Shown here: positions 18,225 to 27,513 of the stretch, in pieces | Layout of the letters: the number at the start of each line of letters is the position of its first letter | Numbering within the stretch: position 1 is the stretch's first letter | Source of the DNA: a virus | Taxonomy: Duplodnaviria; Caudoviricetes | Length of the DNA stretch: 64,000 bases | Virus record (IMG/VR): IMGVR_UViG_3300035696_003004 | Location: 1-64,000 of that record | Direction: 5' to 3' (one strand) | The notes under the pieces: generated by a model | Told to the model about the DNA's origin: nothing | What the model saw: the letters and a program-made list of their open reading frames with translations, nothing else | Databases searched by the model: none | Position numbers and translations under genes: made by a program

Positions 18225-18455
18225 GTGGCGAATCAGCACGATGAAGAAGTTGTTTTGCTCGTTGATATTCGCGCTTTACGCGCGCAAGCGAAAATTGCCG
18301 TTATTGAGGCCGCCAGAATTATTGGAGTCGGGAAGTCGACGCTTGAGCGGGTGGAAACTGGACGTATGCCAAGTTTAAGTGTCGCGCTGAAAATAGCCGC
18401 TTCCTATGGCATTCCGGTAGAACAGATTTGGGGAATACCGGAAGAAAAAGGATAA
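18225..18455 (+). CDS. XRE/Cro-like HTH regulator
   Basis: LRAQAKI...AARIIGVGKSTLERVETGRMPSL..ALKIA..YGIPVEQIW. Confidence 0.85.
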   Translation: MANQHDEEVVLLVDIRALRAQAKIAVIEAARIIGVGKSTLERVETGRMPSLSVALKIAASYGIPVEQIWGIPEEKG

Positions 18456-18608
18456 TCGCATGAAATCGGCCATTATGAGAAAGCGGCTTGAAACTCTTTA
18501 CGAGGAAAATAATCTTGCGCGCTGAGTATCATTGCAATTTTGCAGGGACGAGGGCTCGATTAGCGTAAGCCATCTTTGACATAGGCAGTAAAGTTTTGGA
18601 GATGCGCC

Positions 18609-19319
18609 GTGAAAGTGATTGTTGCTGGAAGCCGTTCCGTTAATGATTCAGCCCTCGTTGACTTGGCCATTCAAAAAAGTGGTTTTGAGATTACCGAGGA
18701 AGTTTGTGGAATGGCCATAGGCGTTGATCTTTTAGGTAGAGGTTGGGCGAAAGCGCACAACATTCCGGTCAAGGAAATGCCGGCCAATTGGCGACCAAAC
18801 GGAACGCTTGAACGTGATGCTGGTTATCGGTGAAATGAGCAAATGGCGGAATACGCCGAGGCATTGATAGCTGTTTGGGACGGCGAAAGCCACGGTATTA
18901 AACAGATGATTGAAGTAGCTCAAAAGGCGGGGCTCAAGGTATTTGTCTATCGCCTTCCTATTTTTGTATTTGGAAGCAATCTAAAAGGCATTCATGGGGC
19001 TGGTGCCGCCCGTACAGCGTGCAAAGAATATGGAGCCCAACCAGGGGTTGGCGAAGGACGTACTGGCCGCGCTTACGCGATCCCTACTAAAGATGCACCG
19101 TATCAGCGCCGGGACATTTGGAAGATCCGCGCTAGCATACAAAATTTTTTAGAATACGCCAAGTATCATTCTGAATTGGATTTTTGGGTGACTCGTGTTG
19201 GTTGCGGGCTTGCTGGGTACAAAGATTCCGACATTGCGCCTTCGTTCGCAGATGCACCTCCAAACTGCCAATTTGATCCTGCCTGGAAAAAATTTGGTTT
19301 AAAAAGTTGGGAAATTTAG
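18609..19319 (+). pseudogene. SLOG (YspA/DUF2493-like) domain fused to an A1S_2505-like domain, interrupted by in-frame TGA at 18831
   Basis: VIVAGSR..CGMAIGVD..AGYR*NEQMAEYAEALIAVWDG, then IFVFGSNLKGIHGAGAA; both ORFs in the same frame. Confidence 0.7.
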
Positions 19320-19321
19320 CT

Positions 19322-19942
19322 ATGGAAATTGCTGCTATCTCGGATACGCATGGCTATGATTTCGATCTGCCGACGGCGGATGTATTAGTGTGTGCCGGCG
19401 ATATGACGGCGACGGGTCGATGGGAGCAAATGATTGCCGTTGGCGAATATATAAAATCCGCAGCTTACGATCATGTAATTTTGGTGCCGGGCAATCACGA
19501 TTTATGTTTTGAGAAAGCTTTGGAGTTGGCTGCTTACAACTTCCCATACAACTTTCATTTGCTGGTAGACCAAGCTTGTGAGTATCAAGAGCATGTTTTT
19601 TATGGATAACCGTGGACTCCGCCATTTATGAATTGGGCGTTTATGCGTTCAGAAGACGAGTTGCGATGCTTGTATCGCAATATGCCGGCCGAGATTGATG
19701 TATTGATAACCCATGGACCCCCTGCTGGCGTGCTAGATAATCATTGTGGCTCGACTGCGTTGCGGGAAGCCGTGGAAGCGCGTAAAGTTCATTATCATGT
19801 TTTCGGTCATATACATGAATGCGGTGGTCTTCACCAACAACTAACAAGTAATGGCCAAAAAACCGATTGCTATAATGTGGCGGCGCTGGGGCTAGACTAT
19901 CGGCCACCAACGCGCGCGCCACGTATTATTCACGCTGTCTAA
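19322..19942 (+). pseudogene. calcineurin-like metallophosphoesterase interrupted by in-frame TAA at 19607
   Basis: SDTH, AGD, GNHD, FYG*PWTP, THGPP, GHIHE motifs all in one frame. Confidence 0.75.
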
Positions 19943-19961
19943 AACAGTTTTATGTGAAGGA

Positions 19962-20375
19962 GTGAAAATGAACAAGCAAGGAAATTCAAAGGTGGCTGAT
20001 CCTGAATTTAAGTGTTTGGAACCTGGATGTGGAGAAGTTTGCAAAGATAAACGCTCGTTGGGAATGCATCGCTGGTTTAAACATCATATAAGGGGCGTCT
20101 CTTATCGTGGCGTTAATACGGCTCGTAAGGCAGTGGGTCGGCCTAAAGGCTCGGGAATACAAAAAGGGTTAGCCATGCCAGCGACTAGTCAAGTGATTCC
20201 GCCCTTTCTAGCCGTTCGGACCACCTCGGTACCTGCCATCAGCGCGGAATTGGTGGGATATGCGCTTGGAAAAATCGAAAGTCTTGCCGAGCAAATTGCG
20301 CATGACAATGAGGTTCCTACACGGGAATTTGTCGGGCGAATAATGACATATTATGCCGAAATGGCAAGGCGATAG
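19962..20375 (+). CDS. C2H2 zinc-finger-containing protein
   Basis: FKCLEPGCGEVCKDKRSLGMHRWFKH. Confidence 0.6.
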   Translation: MKMNKQGNSKVADPEFKCLEPGCGEVCKDKRSLGMHRWFKHHIRGVSYRGVNTARKAVGRPKGSGIQKGLAMPATSQVIPPFLAVRTTSVPAISAELVGYALGKIESLAEQIAHDNEVPTREFVGRIMTYYAEMARR

Positions 20376-20445
20376 GGCGTCCAAGTAATCGCCGTCAAAA
20401 TTTGTTTTGGCGGCGATTTTTGGGATTTATTGCATGGGGGAAGTA

Positions 20446-20694
20446 ATGGAAAGAGATTCAACCACTCTACCGCATATAGAAATGATGATGTGGGTTGTAT
20501 ACGATCACCCACTTGATTATCCTCAAAAATATGTCGCAAGGTTGTGGAATATTAATGGAGATCATCCGGCTGCAACTAACGTAATCGCTTTAGCGGATAC
20601 TCTTGTGGAGATTCGGCAAATGCTACCCGAAGGGCTATCTCGATTGGAGCGATTTGACGGCGATGATGAATGCATTGTAGAGGTATGGTTATGA
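20446..20694 (+). CDS. hypothetical phage protein
   Basis: WVVYDHPLDYP..YVARLW; RBS GGGGG. Confidence 0.6.
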   Translation: MERDSTTLPHIEMMMWVVYDHPLDYPQKYVARLWNINGDHPAATNVIALADTLVEIRQMLPEGLSRLERFDGDDECIVEVWL

Positions 20695-21116
20695 AAATCA
20701 ATTTGAAAAATTTCGAGAGCAAAATTTTTTGGAAGCATATGCGTATGTTTTTGCCCGCGATTATTGTTCTTTGGGCGGTTATTGCAGGCGTGCAAATAAC
20801 ACTTGATATTACAGCGCACAATTTTATTGGAGTAGCTTGTATTTCTGCTATAGCATTGTTTTTAGTTGCACTTGTTTTTGTGTATGATTATTGGACCATA
20901 AAACTTATGGAGATTATGTATAAAGATAGAGATAGTATGCTAAAAGTGGTAAGGCATTTGGCAAATGAACTAGTTGCCTTGCACAACATAGCTTTATGTG
21001 CGATGGCGATGCAGACATCAATTGAGAAAGGTTTAGTGCCTAACACGGGAGCATTAAAGCATTATTTAGAAATTTATGAAATGATGCGTCCTAAAGAAAA
21101 TGAAAAACCTAATTGA
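20691..21116 (+). CDS. membrane protein with two predicted TM segments
   Basis: two hydrophobic stretches. Confidence 0.55.
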   Translation: MKINLKNFESKIFWKHMRMFLPAIIVLWAVIAGVQITLDITAHNFIGVACISAIALFLVALVFVYDYWTIKLMEIMYKDRDSMLKVVRHLANELVALHNIALCAMAMQTSIEKGLVPNTGALKHYLEIYEMMRPKENEKPN

Positions 21117-21173
21117 CTAAGTGCGTTATGATACTTTACAGAATCCGCCTAGCGGCGAGAAGTAAGGTGCAAT

Positions 21174-21611
21174 ATGGCAAAGAGCGTAAACAAAGTCATT
21201 TTGTTAGGCAACGTTGGGAAAGACCCGGAGATTCGGGCGTTGCCAAGCGGTACAAAAGTTGCTAGCTGGACGTTGGCGACGAGCGAGCGCTTTAAGGACA
21301 GTTCCGGCAACTGGCAAGAGCGTACGGAATGGCATAATTTGGTTGCATATGCCCGGTTAGCCGAAGTTGTTGAAAAGTTTGTGACCAAAGGCGGCAAGCT
21401 GTACATTGAAGGCAAGATCGAAACGCATTCCTGGAACGATACGCGGTCTGGTGAGAAGAAATATCAAACGCAGATCAAGGTGGAAGATTTGTTGTTGCTG
21501 AATGCGCAGCCAAACAGTGAGCCAACGCATGCAGAGGCGCAGCCGCAGCGCCAAACACAAGCGAGAACGGCAACAATGGCGCAAGTTGATGATTGGGATG
21601 ATTTTCGCTAG
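21174..21611 (+). CDS. ssb: single-stranded DNA-binding protein
   Basis: SVNKVILLGNVGKDPE, TEWH, KGGKLYIEG, acidic tail. Confidence 0.95.
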   Translation: MAKSVNKVILLGNVGKDPEIRALPSGTKVASWTLATSERFKDSSGNWQERTEWHNLVAYARLAEVVEKFVTKGGKLYIEGKIETHSWNDTRSGEKKYQTQIKVEDLLLLNAQPNSEPTHAEAQPQRQTQARTATMAQVDDWDDFR

Positions 21612-21755
21612 CGATCAGTTGTCGGCACTATTAGTAAGTTATTTGAAAACAAGGCATTACAATATAATGTAAATTTATTGGCGCAGATTAGATGAAAAGT
21701 GGGCGCTAAATGGATGCCATGAGGTTTTTATTGGCCAATGTGGGCGGTAATGAAG

Positions 21756-22100
21756 CTATTTACCGCCCGCTTTGGCTATGACAATTGCTGCCTTTAGTGC
21801 TTCAATGAGTGTGTTTTCATTGGCGATTACGCCATGTCCGCACATACCGCCCCTACAGTTTACAATGCCGAACGGCCAGCTATTGAATTCAATGTAAATG
21901 GAAAATGGGAAAACAGTGACACTGTGAGAGGAAGCTATGGATTTGTCATGGGGATTGATAGCAAACCACCATTGCTTATCGACTTGGTGCTCTAGACAAC
22001 CGGGCAAATCTTTGATGCTTTGGTAGCCCAGCTCAATGCATAGATCGCAAATAGTGGCGAAGACGGCGTTGACTTCTTCTGGCTGTTTGGCTTCGATCAT
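21756..22100 (-). CDS. hypothetical protein
   Basis: 114 aa; start overlaps the upstream stop. Confidence 0.6.
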   Translation of the reverse strand: MIEAKQPEEVNAVFATICDLCIELGYQSIKDLPGCLEHQVDKQWWFAINPHDKSIASSHSVTVFPFSIYIEFNSWPFGIVNCRGGMCGHGVIANENTLIEALKAAIVIAKAGGK

Positions 22101-22303
22101 AAGTCGTATCCTCTAACTTTGTGGGGCGTTGGCAAGACGATGATTGGTCGCTGGCGCTGCTGCAGCTTGTGCCCATTCCATTCGCGTGAGCGGCAAGTGT
22201 GATTGGCGCAGACCGTTGGCGGGTGCTTATTTAGTGAATCCCATTTGTACTGGCAGACATTGCAAACGCAATGCCAGCAACGAACATAACCGCGGCGAAT
22301 CAT
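22097..22303 (-). CDS. small zinc-ribbon protein, paralog of 17869-18132
   Basis: CNVC..W...P.VCANHTCRSREWN. Confidence 0.6.
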   Translation of the reverse strand: MIRRGYVRCWHCVCNVCQYKWDSLNKHPPTVCANHTCRSREWNGHKLQQRQRPIIVLPTPHKVRGYDL

Positions 22304-22451
22304 TGTTCCTCACTTGCTTGTCCTTTGGTTTGGCTTGATTATGTCTCTACAATATCAATTTCTTAATTACCCAAAGAACAAATAGTAGCGTACAAAGTAC
22401 ACCAATGATAAATCCAACTGTAAAAGCCTCAAGTATTGTCATAATGTCCAT

Positions 22452-22673
22452 TTAAAGATTGTTTGTAAGTACCTCGTTTTTGTAGTGTTTGGCGCGAAGA
22501 CGAAGATTTGGATTATGCGCGAACGGGGACACGGCGATAAACTTTTCGGCGGCGTACTGCCGCAATTCAATGTCGTCCCACTCTGTCGGCATGGCATCGA
22601 TTTTTGACAAAACGAGATTCTGAACTGCGCTAAACAGTTCACGGATAAAGTCTGCTTTTTGGATATTGGTCAT
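22452..22673 (-). CDS. hypothetical protein
   Basis: 73 aa; RBS-like GAGG upstream. Confidence 0.6.
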   Translation of the reverse strand: MTNIQKADFIRELFSAVQNLVLSKIDAMPTEWDDIELRQYAAEKFIAVSPFAHNPNLRLRAKHYKNEVLTNNL

Positions 22674-22766
22674 AAGTTTTTACCTCGATTCTCCACCCTT
22701 TCTGAAACACGATACTTCTTATATACGCCTTTTTTCCTGTTTTTGCTATACCCCTTTATATATTAT

Positions 22767-22795
22767 ATTTTAATTGACGATACAAACGGGTTTAT
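22767..22795 (+). promoter_or_regulatory. sigma70 promoter
   Basis: TTGACG-17-TATATT. Confidence 0.55.
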
Positions 22796-22822
22796 GTATA
22801 TTGTTGTAGGGGAACAAAAGAG

Positions 22823-23029
22823 ATGCCGAAAACAATTGTGGGGATTTTGCCGGAGATCGAGAATTTGGGGCGTTTAGCCGCGCAGTATAGAGACAAGGCG
22901 GCAGCGTGTCCTGCTGGCACGTGGGAGCGATACAACCTTATGATCCTGGCGGAAATGTATACTCAAGCGCAAGCCGATTTGCTGCTGAACACGCCGCCGC
23001 AGCCGTTCCAACTTGGCACGCAGTGCTGA
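22823..23029 (+). CDS. hypothetical protein
   Basis: directly downstream of the promoter. Confidence 0.5.
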   Translation: MPKTIVGILPEIENLGRLAAQYRDKAAACPAGTWERYNLMILAEMYTQAQADLLLNTPPQPFQLGTQC

Positions 23030-23085
23030 AAAATTTAAATGGTTTATTTGGGTTCAGGTATACTGAAAAGGTCAAGGGGTCGATT

Positions 23086-23349
23086 ATGACGGATACACAA
23101 TTGTGGCTGGCAATAGGCATTCCGAGTTTTATGGTGTTGCTCGGGATTTTCCTGAACATGAATTCCATTAAAGCGCTGCGGAACGAAATGGAAAGCCGCT
23201 TTACTGGGATAGAAAACTGTTTTACAGGAATTGAAGCACGGCTGATTGCGATTGAAGGGGATATGCGGCGTTTCTACGAGATTTTGGGCGAGCATTCCGG
23301 GAAGATCGAGAGCTATAACGCGCGCCTTACGAACCTTGAGCGGAAATAG
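23086..23349 (+). CDS. small membrane-anchored coiled-coil protein
   Basis: N-terminal TM (WLAIGIPSFMVLLGIF) plus heptad repeats; RBS AAGGGG; hairpin and T run follow. Confidence 0.7.
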   Translation: MTDTQLWLAIGIPSFMVLLGIFLNMNSIKALRNEMESRFTGIENCFTGIEARLIAIEGDMRRFYEILGEHSGKIESYNARLTNLERK

Positions 23350-23398
23350 AACGCGCTAAATACAAGTTCAGGCCGGGCCACGTGCCCGGATTTTTTGT

Positions 23399-23413
23399 GT
23401 CCAGGATCTGGAC
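23399..23413. promoter_or_regulatory. 15-bp palindrome, copy 1
   Basis: GTCCAGGATCTGGAC. Confidence 0.55.
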
Positions 23414-23650
23414 TGAAACAGAACGCGCCCCTTGCGGGGCGCGAGCGTGCAACACTTTTATACAGTGAACAGCGGTGTTTTACACAGCAGATGCCGTCAT
23501 CTGTCGCCGACAACGGCTAGAGGTTATTTTAGGGCTTTTACGATCTTTGTCAACAAAAAACCGGGCCGAAGCCGGCCCGGCACAAGTGGTGCAGTGGTGA
23601 AAACCGTTAATCTGCCAATCCCAATTGCTAGGCGCGGGCGTGGTAAGGCA

Positions 23651-23812
23651 TTATACGCGCGGGCAATCAGAGCACGCCATCTTCACACGCTGCGGCTTGT
23701 GTATCGATGTAATCCATACCTCGTGCCCGCAGCTCAGCAAGACGCACCAACGTAATGGATTGACTGGCGATTGGTCGATACGCTGGACAGTTTTAATCTG
23801 CAATTGTTTCAT
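23651..23812 (-). CDS. small hypothetical protein
   Basis: LSCGH...CSDC. Confidence 0.5.
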   Translation of the reverse strand: MKQLQIKTVQRIDQSPVNPLRWCVLLSCGHEVWITSIHKPQRVKMACSDCPRV

Positions 23813-24059
23813 CTTGATCCTTCTCTGACACTGCGTTTTTCCGACAAATGTCGTACAGCTCTGTTGTCGTTTTGGGCTCGACATCGGCGACGATCATGTT
23901 GACGAAAGCCTCTTCGGGCGGTTCGTCGCCAAGTTTGATGGTGGTGCGCATGGCGGGTTCTACGTCTTCAACATCGTAGTCTACAACAGCCACAGAGACG
24001 GGTTCATTGCTCAAAACTTGCTGCACAATTCCGCCTTCCATAATCAAAACGATTTTCAT
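23793..24059 (-). CDS. small acidic hypothetical protein
   Basis: RBS GGAG; MKIVLIMEGGIVQQV. Confidence 0.65.
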   Translation of the reverse strand: MKIVLIMEGGIVQQVLSNEPVSVAVVDYDVEDVEPAMRTTIKLGDEPPEEAFVNMIVADVEPKTTTELYDICRKNAVSEKDQDETIAD

Positions 24060-24490
24060 TGTTTATGCTCCTGTCCGAAATTTGGTTGATAAAGAACATG
24101 ATTATTCTGGATGTGGAGTACCAATTGTTCGATTTCGCGCCGCCGCGGTTTTTCGAGTAGCCCGGCCCTAATGTAGGCATGTACCTTTGCGGCAGTAAGA
24201 AACTCAATTTCCGTGTAGTTGGACTCGTCTCCATAATCGTTATAGAGTTGTTTCCTGGTAATTTCTCCGGAGGCGTCCACCATTTGACCGTCTAAGCAGC
24301 GGCAATAAGCGTGGACCAAAACGCGACTGTTGTCTGTTTTATCTTTATCCAGCGCCTTGTTATTCCAAAGAAATTCGATGGTATAGTAAAAAGCCTGATT
24401 GAGCGCCAGCGCAAAGATGTGGGAGCGTTTGTGCAAATAAATTCCTGCGTTAAATGGTTGTATTTTTTTGTCGCCTATCATGAGCGTCAA
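24056..24490 (-). CDS. hypothetical protein
   Basis: 144 aa; co-oriented in the leftward cassette. Confidence 0.6.
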   Translation of the reverse strand: MTLMIGDKKIQPFNAGIYLHKRSHIFALALNQAFYYTIEFLWNNKALDKDKTDNSRVLVHAYCRCLDGQMVDASGEITRKQLYNDYGDESNYTEIEFLTAAKVHAYIRAGLLEKPRRREIEQLVLHIQNNHVLYQPNFGQEHKQ

Positions 24491-24508
24491 ATTCCCTTGT
24501 TGGTTGAG

Positions 24509-25012
24509 TTAGCTGTTTTTGGGTTGGGGCGGCATGGCCGCAGTGACAGCATTCAAGGTCATGAGGATGGCCAGGCCGGTAATGCTCAGCCATTCGACGG
24601 CCGAAAGGGTAAGAATGCCCTCGAGCAGTACGACAAAGCCAATCGCCTTGAGTTTACTGTGGAAGTAGCTGAGCGCCCAAAGAAAAACGCTGGTGGAAGA
24701 ATAGAGCAAGCCACCGGCCACCAGCGCCCACAAATAAGGCCGTTTGGCGACTTCCTGGTGGATAAGGGTATAGCTGCCCAAAGGAATGAAGCCGCCGACT
24801 AAAAGGCCGCCAATGGCGAACAGGCGATTGCCGCGGCGAAAGGCATAGAGCAGTTGATCGGTGAGGTTGTTGCTGGTTGCAAGATCCCGCGCACGGCGTT
24901 GAGTCGTTGTCAGCTTGGGGCGTCCCCGGCGGCGCTTGGGCGCGCGCAGGACAGGCTGTTCGGCCGCTTCGGGCCTCTCGATACTCTCTTGGGCTGGAAT
25001 CACGGATAGCAT
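24509..25012 (-). CDS. membrane protein with an AT-hook-like RRGRPK motif
   Basis: several hydrophobic segments; RBS GAGGGG. Confidence 0.6.
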   Translation of the reverse strand: MLSVIPAQESIERPEAAEQPVLRAPKRRRGRPKLTTTQRRARDLATSNNLTDQLLYAFRRGNRLFAIGGLLVGGFIPLGSYTLIHQEVAKRPYLWALVAGGLLYSSTSVFLWALSYFHSKLKAIGFVVLLEGILTLSAVEWLSITGLAILMTLNAVTAAMPPQPKNS

Positions 25013-25045
25013 GGAAACATCCCCCTCGATCAAACTTTATTATCA

Positions 25046-25074
25046 ACTATACCAAAGGGGTTTATATTTGTCAA
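25046..25074 (-). promoter_or_regulatory. near-consensus sigma70 promoter
   Basis: minus strand TTGACA-17-TATAGT with an AT-rich upstream stretch. Confidence 0.7.
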
Positions 25075-25193
25075 TAAAAAAGATTGAGGAAGAAAAATTG
25101 GGCGCATATCAAAAGCAAAAAAGCCGGGATTACGTACCCGGCCCCCGTTACCAACGGGACGTTTTGCCTACCTTGGAGTTGGCGCAGCAAAAA

Positions 25194-25490
25194 TCAAGCT
25201 TGTGAGTCTCTATAGTCTTTCCAGCGTCCGTGCTGGCGGAAAAATGCGATGCCGGCCAGCTCTTCGTTAAGTTTTTCTATGAGCTGCTTGGCTTCGGCTT
25301 CGCTTAGCTCGAGGCACATATGCTGGGTTTCGTGATTTTTGGCGCGCTTGGCGTCTTGGGAATCGCGTTCAAAGGTAAAGGTAATTTTGGCCGCGTCTTC
25401 GATTCGGCTCACGCTGTAAGCGGCAATTCTGCTCTCGATCATCGGCACACGGTTGCATCCGCTGTCGTACCATCGCTTAGATGTTTGCAT
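25194..25490 (-). CDS. hypothetical protein
   Basis: 98 aa; terminator-like hairpin downstream (25122-25146). Confidence 0.6.
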   Translation of the reverse strand: MQTSKRWYDSGCNRVPMIESRIAAYSVSRIEDAAKITFTFERDSQDAKRAKNHETQHMCLELSEAEAKQLIEKLNEELAGIAFFRQHGRWKDYRDSQA

Positions 25491-25576
25491 AAGGTTGCTC
25501 CATGCCTGTGGTAAGGCTGTAGACGGCGGGGGAGGGCCGCAGTATTGATATTAACTCTTCACTTGCGCACGGCGCG

Positions 25577-25747
25577 CTACTGGTTCAACTGTTCGCAAAG
25601 CGTGTCAATGTCTTCGCTGCCCAAGGGCTCGATGGCGCGGCCGTCGTCGAGATAGACGTGCTGTAGCGGGCCCCATAGGATGCGGGAATGTTCGCAGTTG
25701 GGATCTACAAAAAGGTTTGCGGGTTTGGCTTCAAGATGCTTTTTCAT
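25577..25747 (-). CDS. small hypothetical protein (56 aa, not in ORF track)
   Basis: MKKHLEAKPANLFVDPNCEHSRILWG... Confidence 0.45.
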   Translation of the reverse strand: MKKHLEAKPANLFVDPNCEHSRILWGPLQHVYLDDGRAIEPLGSEDIDTLCEQLNQ

Positions 25748-26082
25748 CGCTTTAGGATAACGCAGACAAAAAAGGGTGAAGAAAAAATCTCCACCCTTGA
25801 AAAAAGTCGACCGGGGCTATTCGATGCGCCGTGCGCGCCCGATTCTTCGACCTTCCGCTAAAAATCGACGTTGCCAATAGGCGGAGAGCTGCATAGCTTC
25901 GCTACGCTTTGCCGTCCAGCCCCAATCCGAGTTTTGTTCGGCGCTGGTTTTCGGCGCGCGTTGTGAGCCTTTTGTGCATTGCGGCAAACTGCAAACATAC
26001 CAAACCGGATGAAAAGCGCTTCCGTTTGCCCGTCTGCCGATGTGTGTCTGGACTTCGCTTCCAATTGCCATTTTTCCCCCCC

Positions 26083-26754
26083 CTATTTATAGATAGCGCC
26101 AAGAGTGCCGTTCCCGCCGGCGCGGGCCATGGCTACGCCTACGCCTACGCGAAAACCTTCGTCGACGTCGCGTTCGCGGGCGATGGTTTGCTTGGCGTCC
26201 GTCGCGTCCGAATCATAGACCGGCCGCACGGAATAGCCGCCGCGGTTTACGAAAATGCCAATGTGGTCGGCGAGCCGATTTTCTTTGTTGGCGACTTTGC
26301 ACAGTTGCGTATAGCGTTCTTCGCCCTTCACCTTGTCGATGAGAGCTTCATCGGACATGCCGGCGGCCGCGCCGTAATCGGTGCAGCTATATACGCATCC
26401 GATTCCGAGCAAATACTCGTTATAGGTTTGGTTACGTTCCTGCCGATAGACTTTGAAGGTGAACGATTCCCACCATTCAGGGGGAATGGCGTCGCAATTG
26501 TTTTCCGGTTCGTGGCCGGTTCCGTGGCAGTTGGGGCAGGTCTCGAGCTGTTGAGTCTGGACGATTATCTCGCCCGTGCCGTGGCATTTTTGACAACCAC
26601 GGCGGCCGCCGCGCTTGCCGCGGCCTGTACCGTGGCATTCCCGGCAAGTCTGCCATTCGTTCGCATAGCGCTTGCCGGTGCTGCCGTTTTCGCTGCAGCC
26701 CCAACAGGGTTTCGATTCGAGAATCACGGTATGCGTTTCGGAATCAAGTCTCAT
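26083..26754 (-). CDS. protein with DnaJ-type zinc-finger repeats
   Basis: CWGC plus three CxxCHGTG repeats. Confidence 0.7.
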   Translation of the reverse strand: MRLDSETHTVILESKPCWGCSENGSTGKRYANEWQTCRECHGTGRGKRGGRRGCQKCHGTGEIIVQTQQLETCPNCHGTGHEPENNCDAIPPEWWESFTFKVYRQERNQTYNEYLLGIGCVYSCTDYGAAAGMSDEALIDKVKGEERYTQLCKVANKENRLADHIGIFVNRGGYSVRPVYDSDATDAKQTIARERDVDEGFRVGVGVAMARAGGNGTLGAIYK

Positions 26755-26756
26755 GG

Positions 26757-26810
26757 TGTTCGCTCCATAGCAGCTGGCAGCTGCTAGAGAAACTATATCA
26801 TAAAGCGCTT
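26757..26810 (-). promoter_or_regulatory. duplicated promoter/RBS cassette, copy 1
   Basis: CGCTTTATGATATAGTTTCTCTAG...CAGCTGCTATGGAGCG, shared with 27514-27560. Confidence 0.6.
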
Positions 26811-26882
26811 TAGGTTATGCAAGAAAAAAGAAAAGGCCGATACAGAATGACTGTACCGGCCGCGGCGGGAAAAATTCGCCGA

Positions 26883-27098
26883 CTAAAGCAGCTGTGAAAC
26901 CAGTTTTGAGTTTAGGGGCACAATGCCAGTCATTCCCCAAACTTCCACATAATCGCCGTTTGCCGCAAGGACAAAAAACGAGTCATAATCTTTCGCGCCG
27001 GCGATGGAATCCTTGATTGGGGCGGTATCTTGGCTATCCGATACAAAAGCGTATTCCGGCCCCATTTGAGCAACAATTTTCAATTTGCGCTCTGCCAT
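26883..27098 (-). CDS. hypothetical protein
   Basis: RBS AAGGAAA; 71 aa. Confidence 0.6.
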   Translation of the reverse strand: MAERKLKIVAQMGPEYAFVSDSQDTAPIKDSIAGAKDYDSFFVLAANGDYVEVWGMTGIVPLNSKLVSQLL

Positions 27099-27162
27099 GA
27101 CGTTTCCTTACTGCCCGCGAATCAAGCCCACGGGCGGGCAGATTTTAAAAATCGGCAGTGAG

Positions 27163-27507
27163 TTAAACTTTGGGGCTGTTCGCGCGGCGGCGGACTTCGG
27201 CGCGCCATTGCGCGGCGTCGCCGTGGGCGGGCAAGGGAACTTCATCAAACCACGCGATGGGGCAATGGTAGTAAAACGGGCCGCATGCTTCGTCGATTTC
27301 TTTGTGCGAGCCGGCGTCCCATATCATAACCATAATGAACTTTTCAATGGCATTACCGTCTTTCTCGACCTGATAGAGAAACCAGTCTTCATTGCCGGTG
27401 CGAGAATGCTTGATGGCGGTTACGGTAGCGCCGCCCGCCGACTTCCACGGGCCTTTTTGTTGTTTGACGACTTCATCGCGCGATGCATGTTCCGTGGTCC
27501 ACCCCAT
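27163..27507 (-). CDS. DUF6927-like protein
   Basis: MGW start; EACGPFYYHCP motif. Confidence 0.55.
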   Translation of the reverse strand: MGWTTEHASRDEVVKQQKGPWKSAGGATVTAIKHSRTGNEDWFLYQVEKDGNAIEKFIMVMIWDAGSHKEIDEACGPFYYHCPIAWFDEVPLPAHGDAAQWRAEVRRRANSPKV

Positions 27508-27513
27508 TGTGTA

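Noticed and set aside
18609-19942. Genome-wide stop-codon reassignment
   Set aside because: The two internal stops differ (TGA and TAA), and both codons terminate many well-defined genes elsewhere (erf, primase, capsid, terL)
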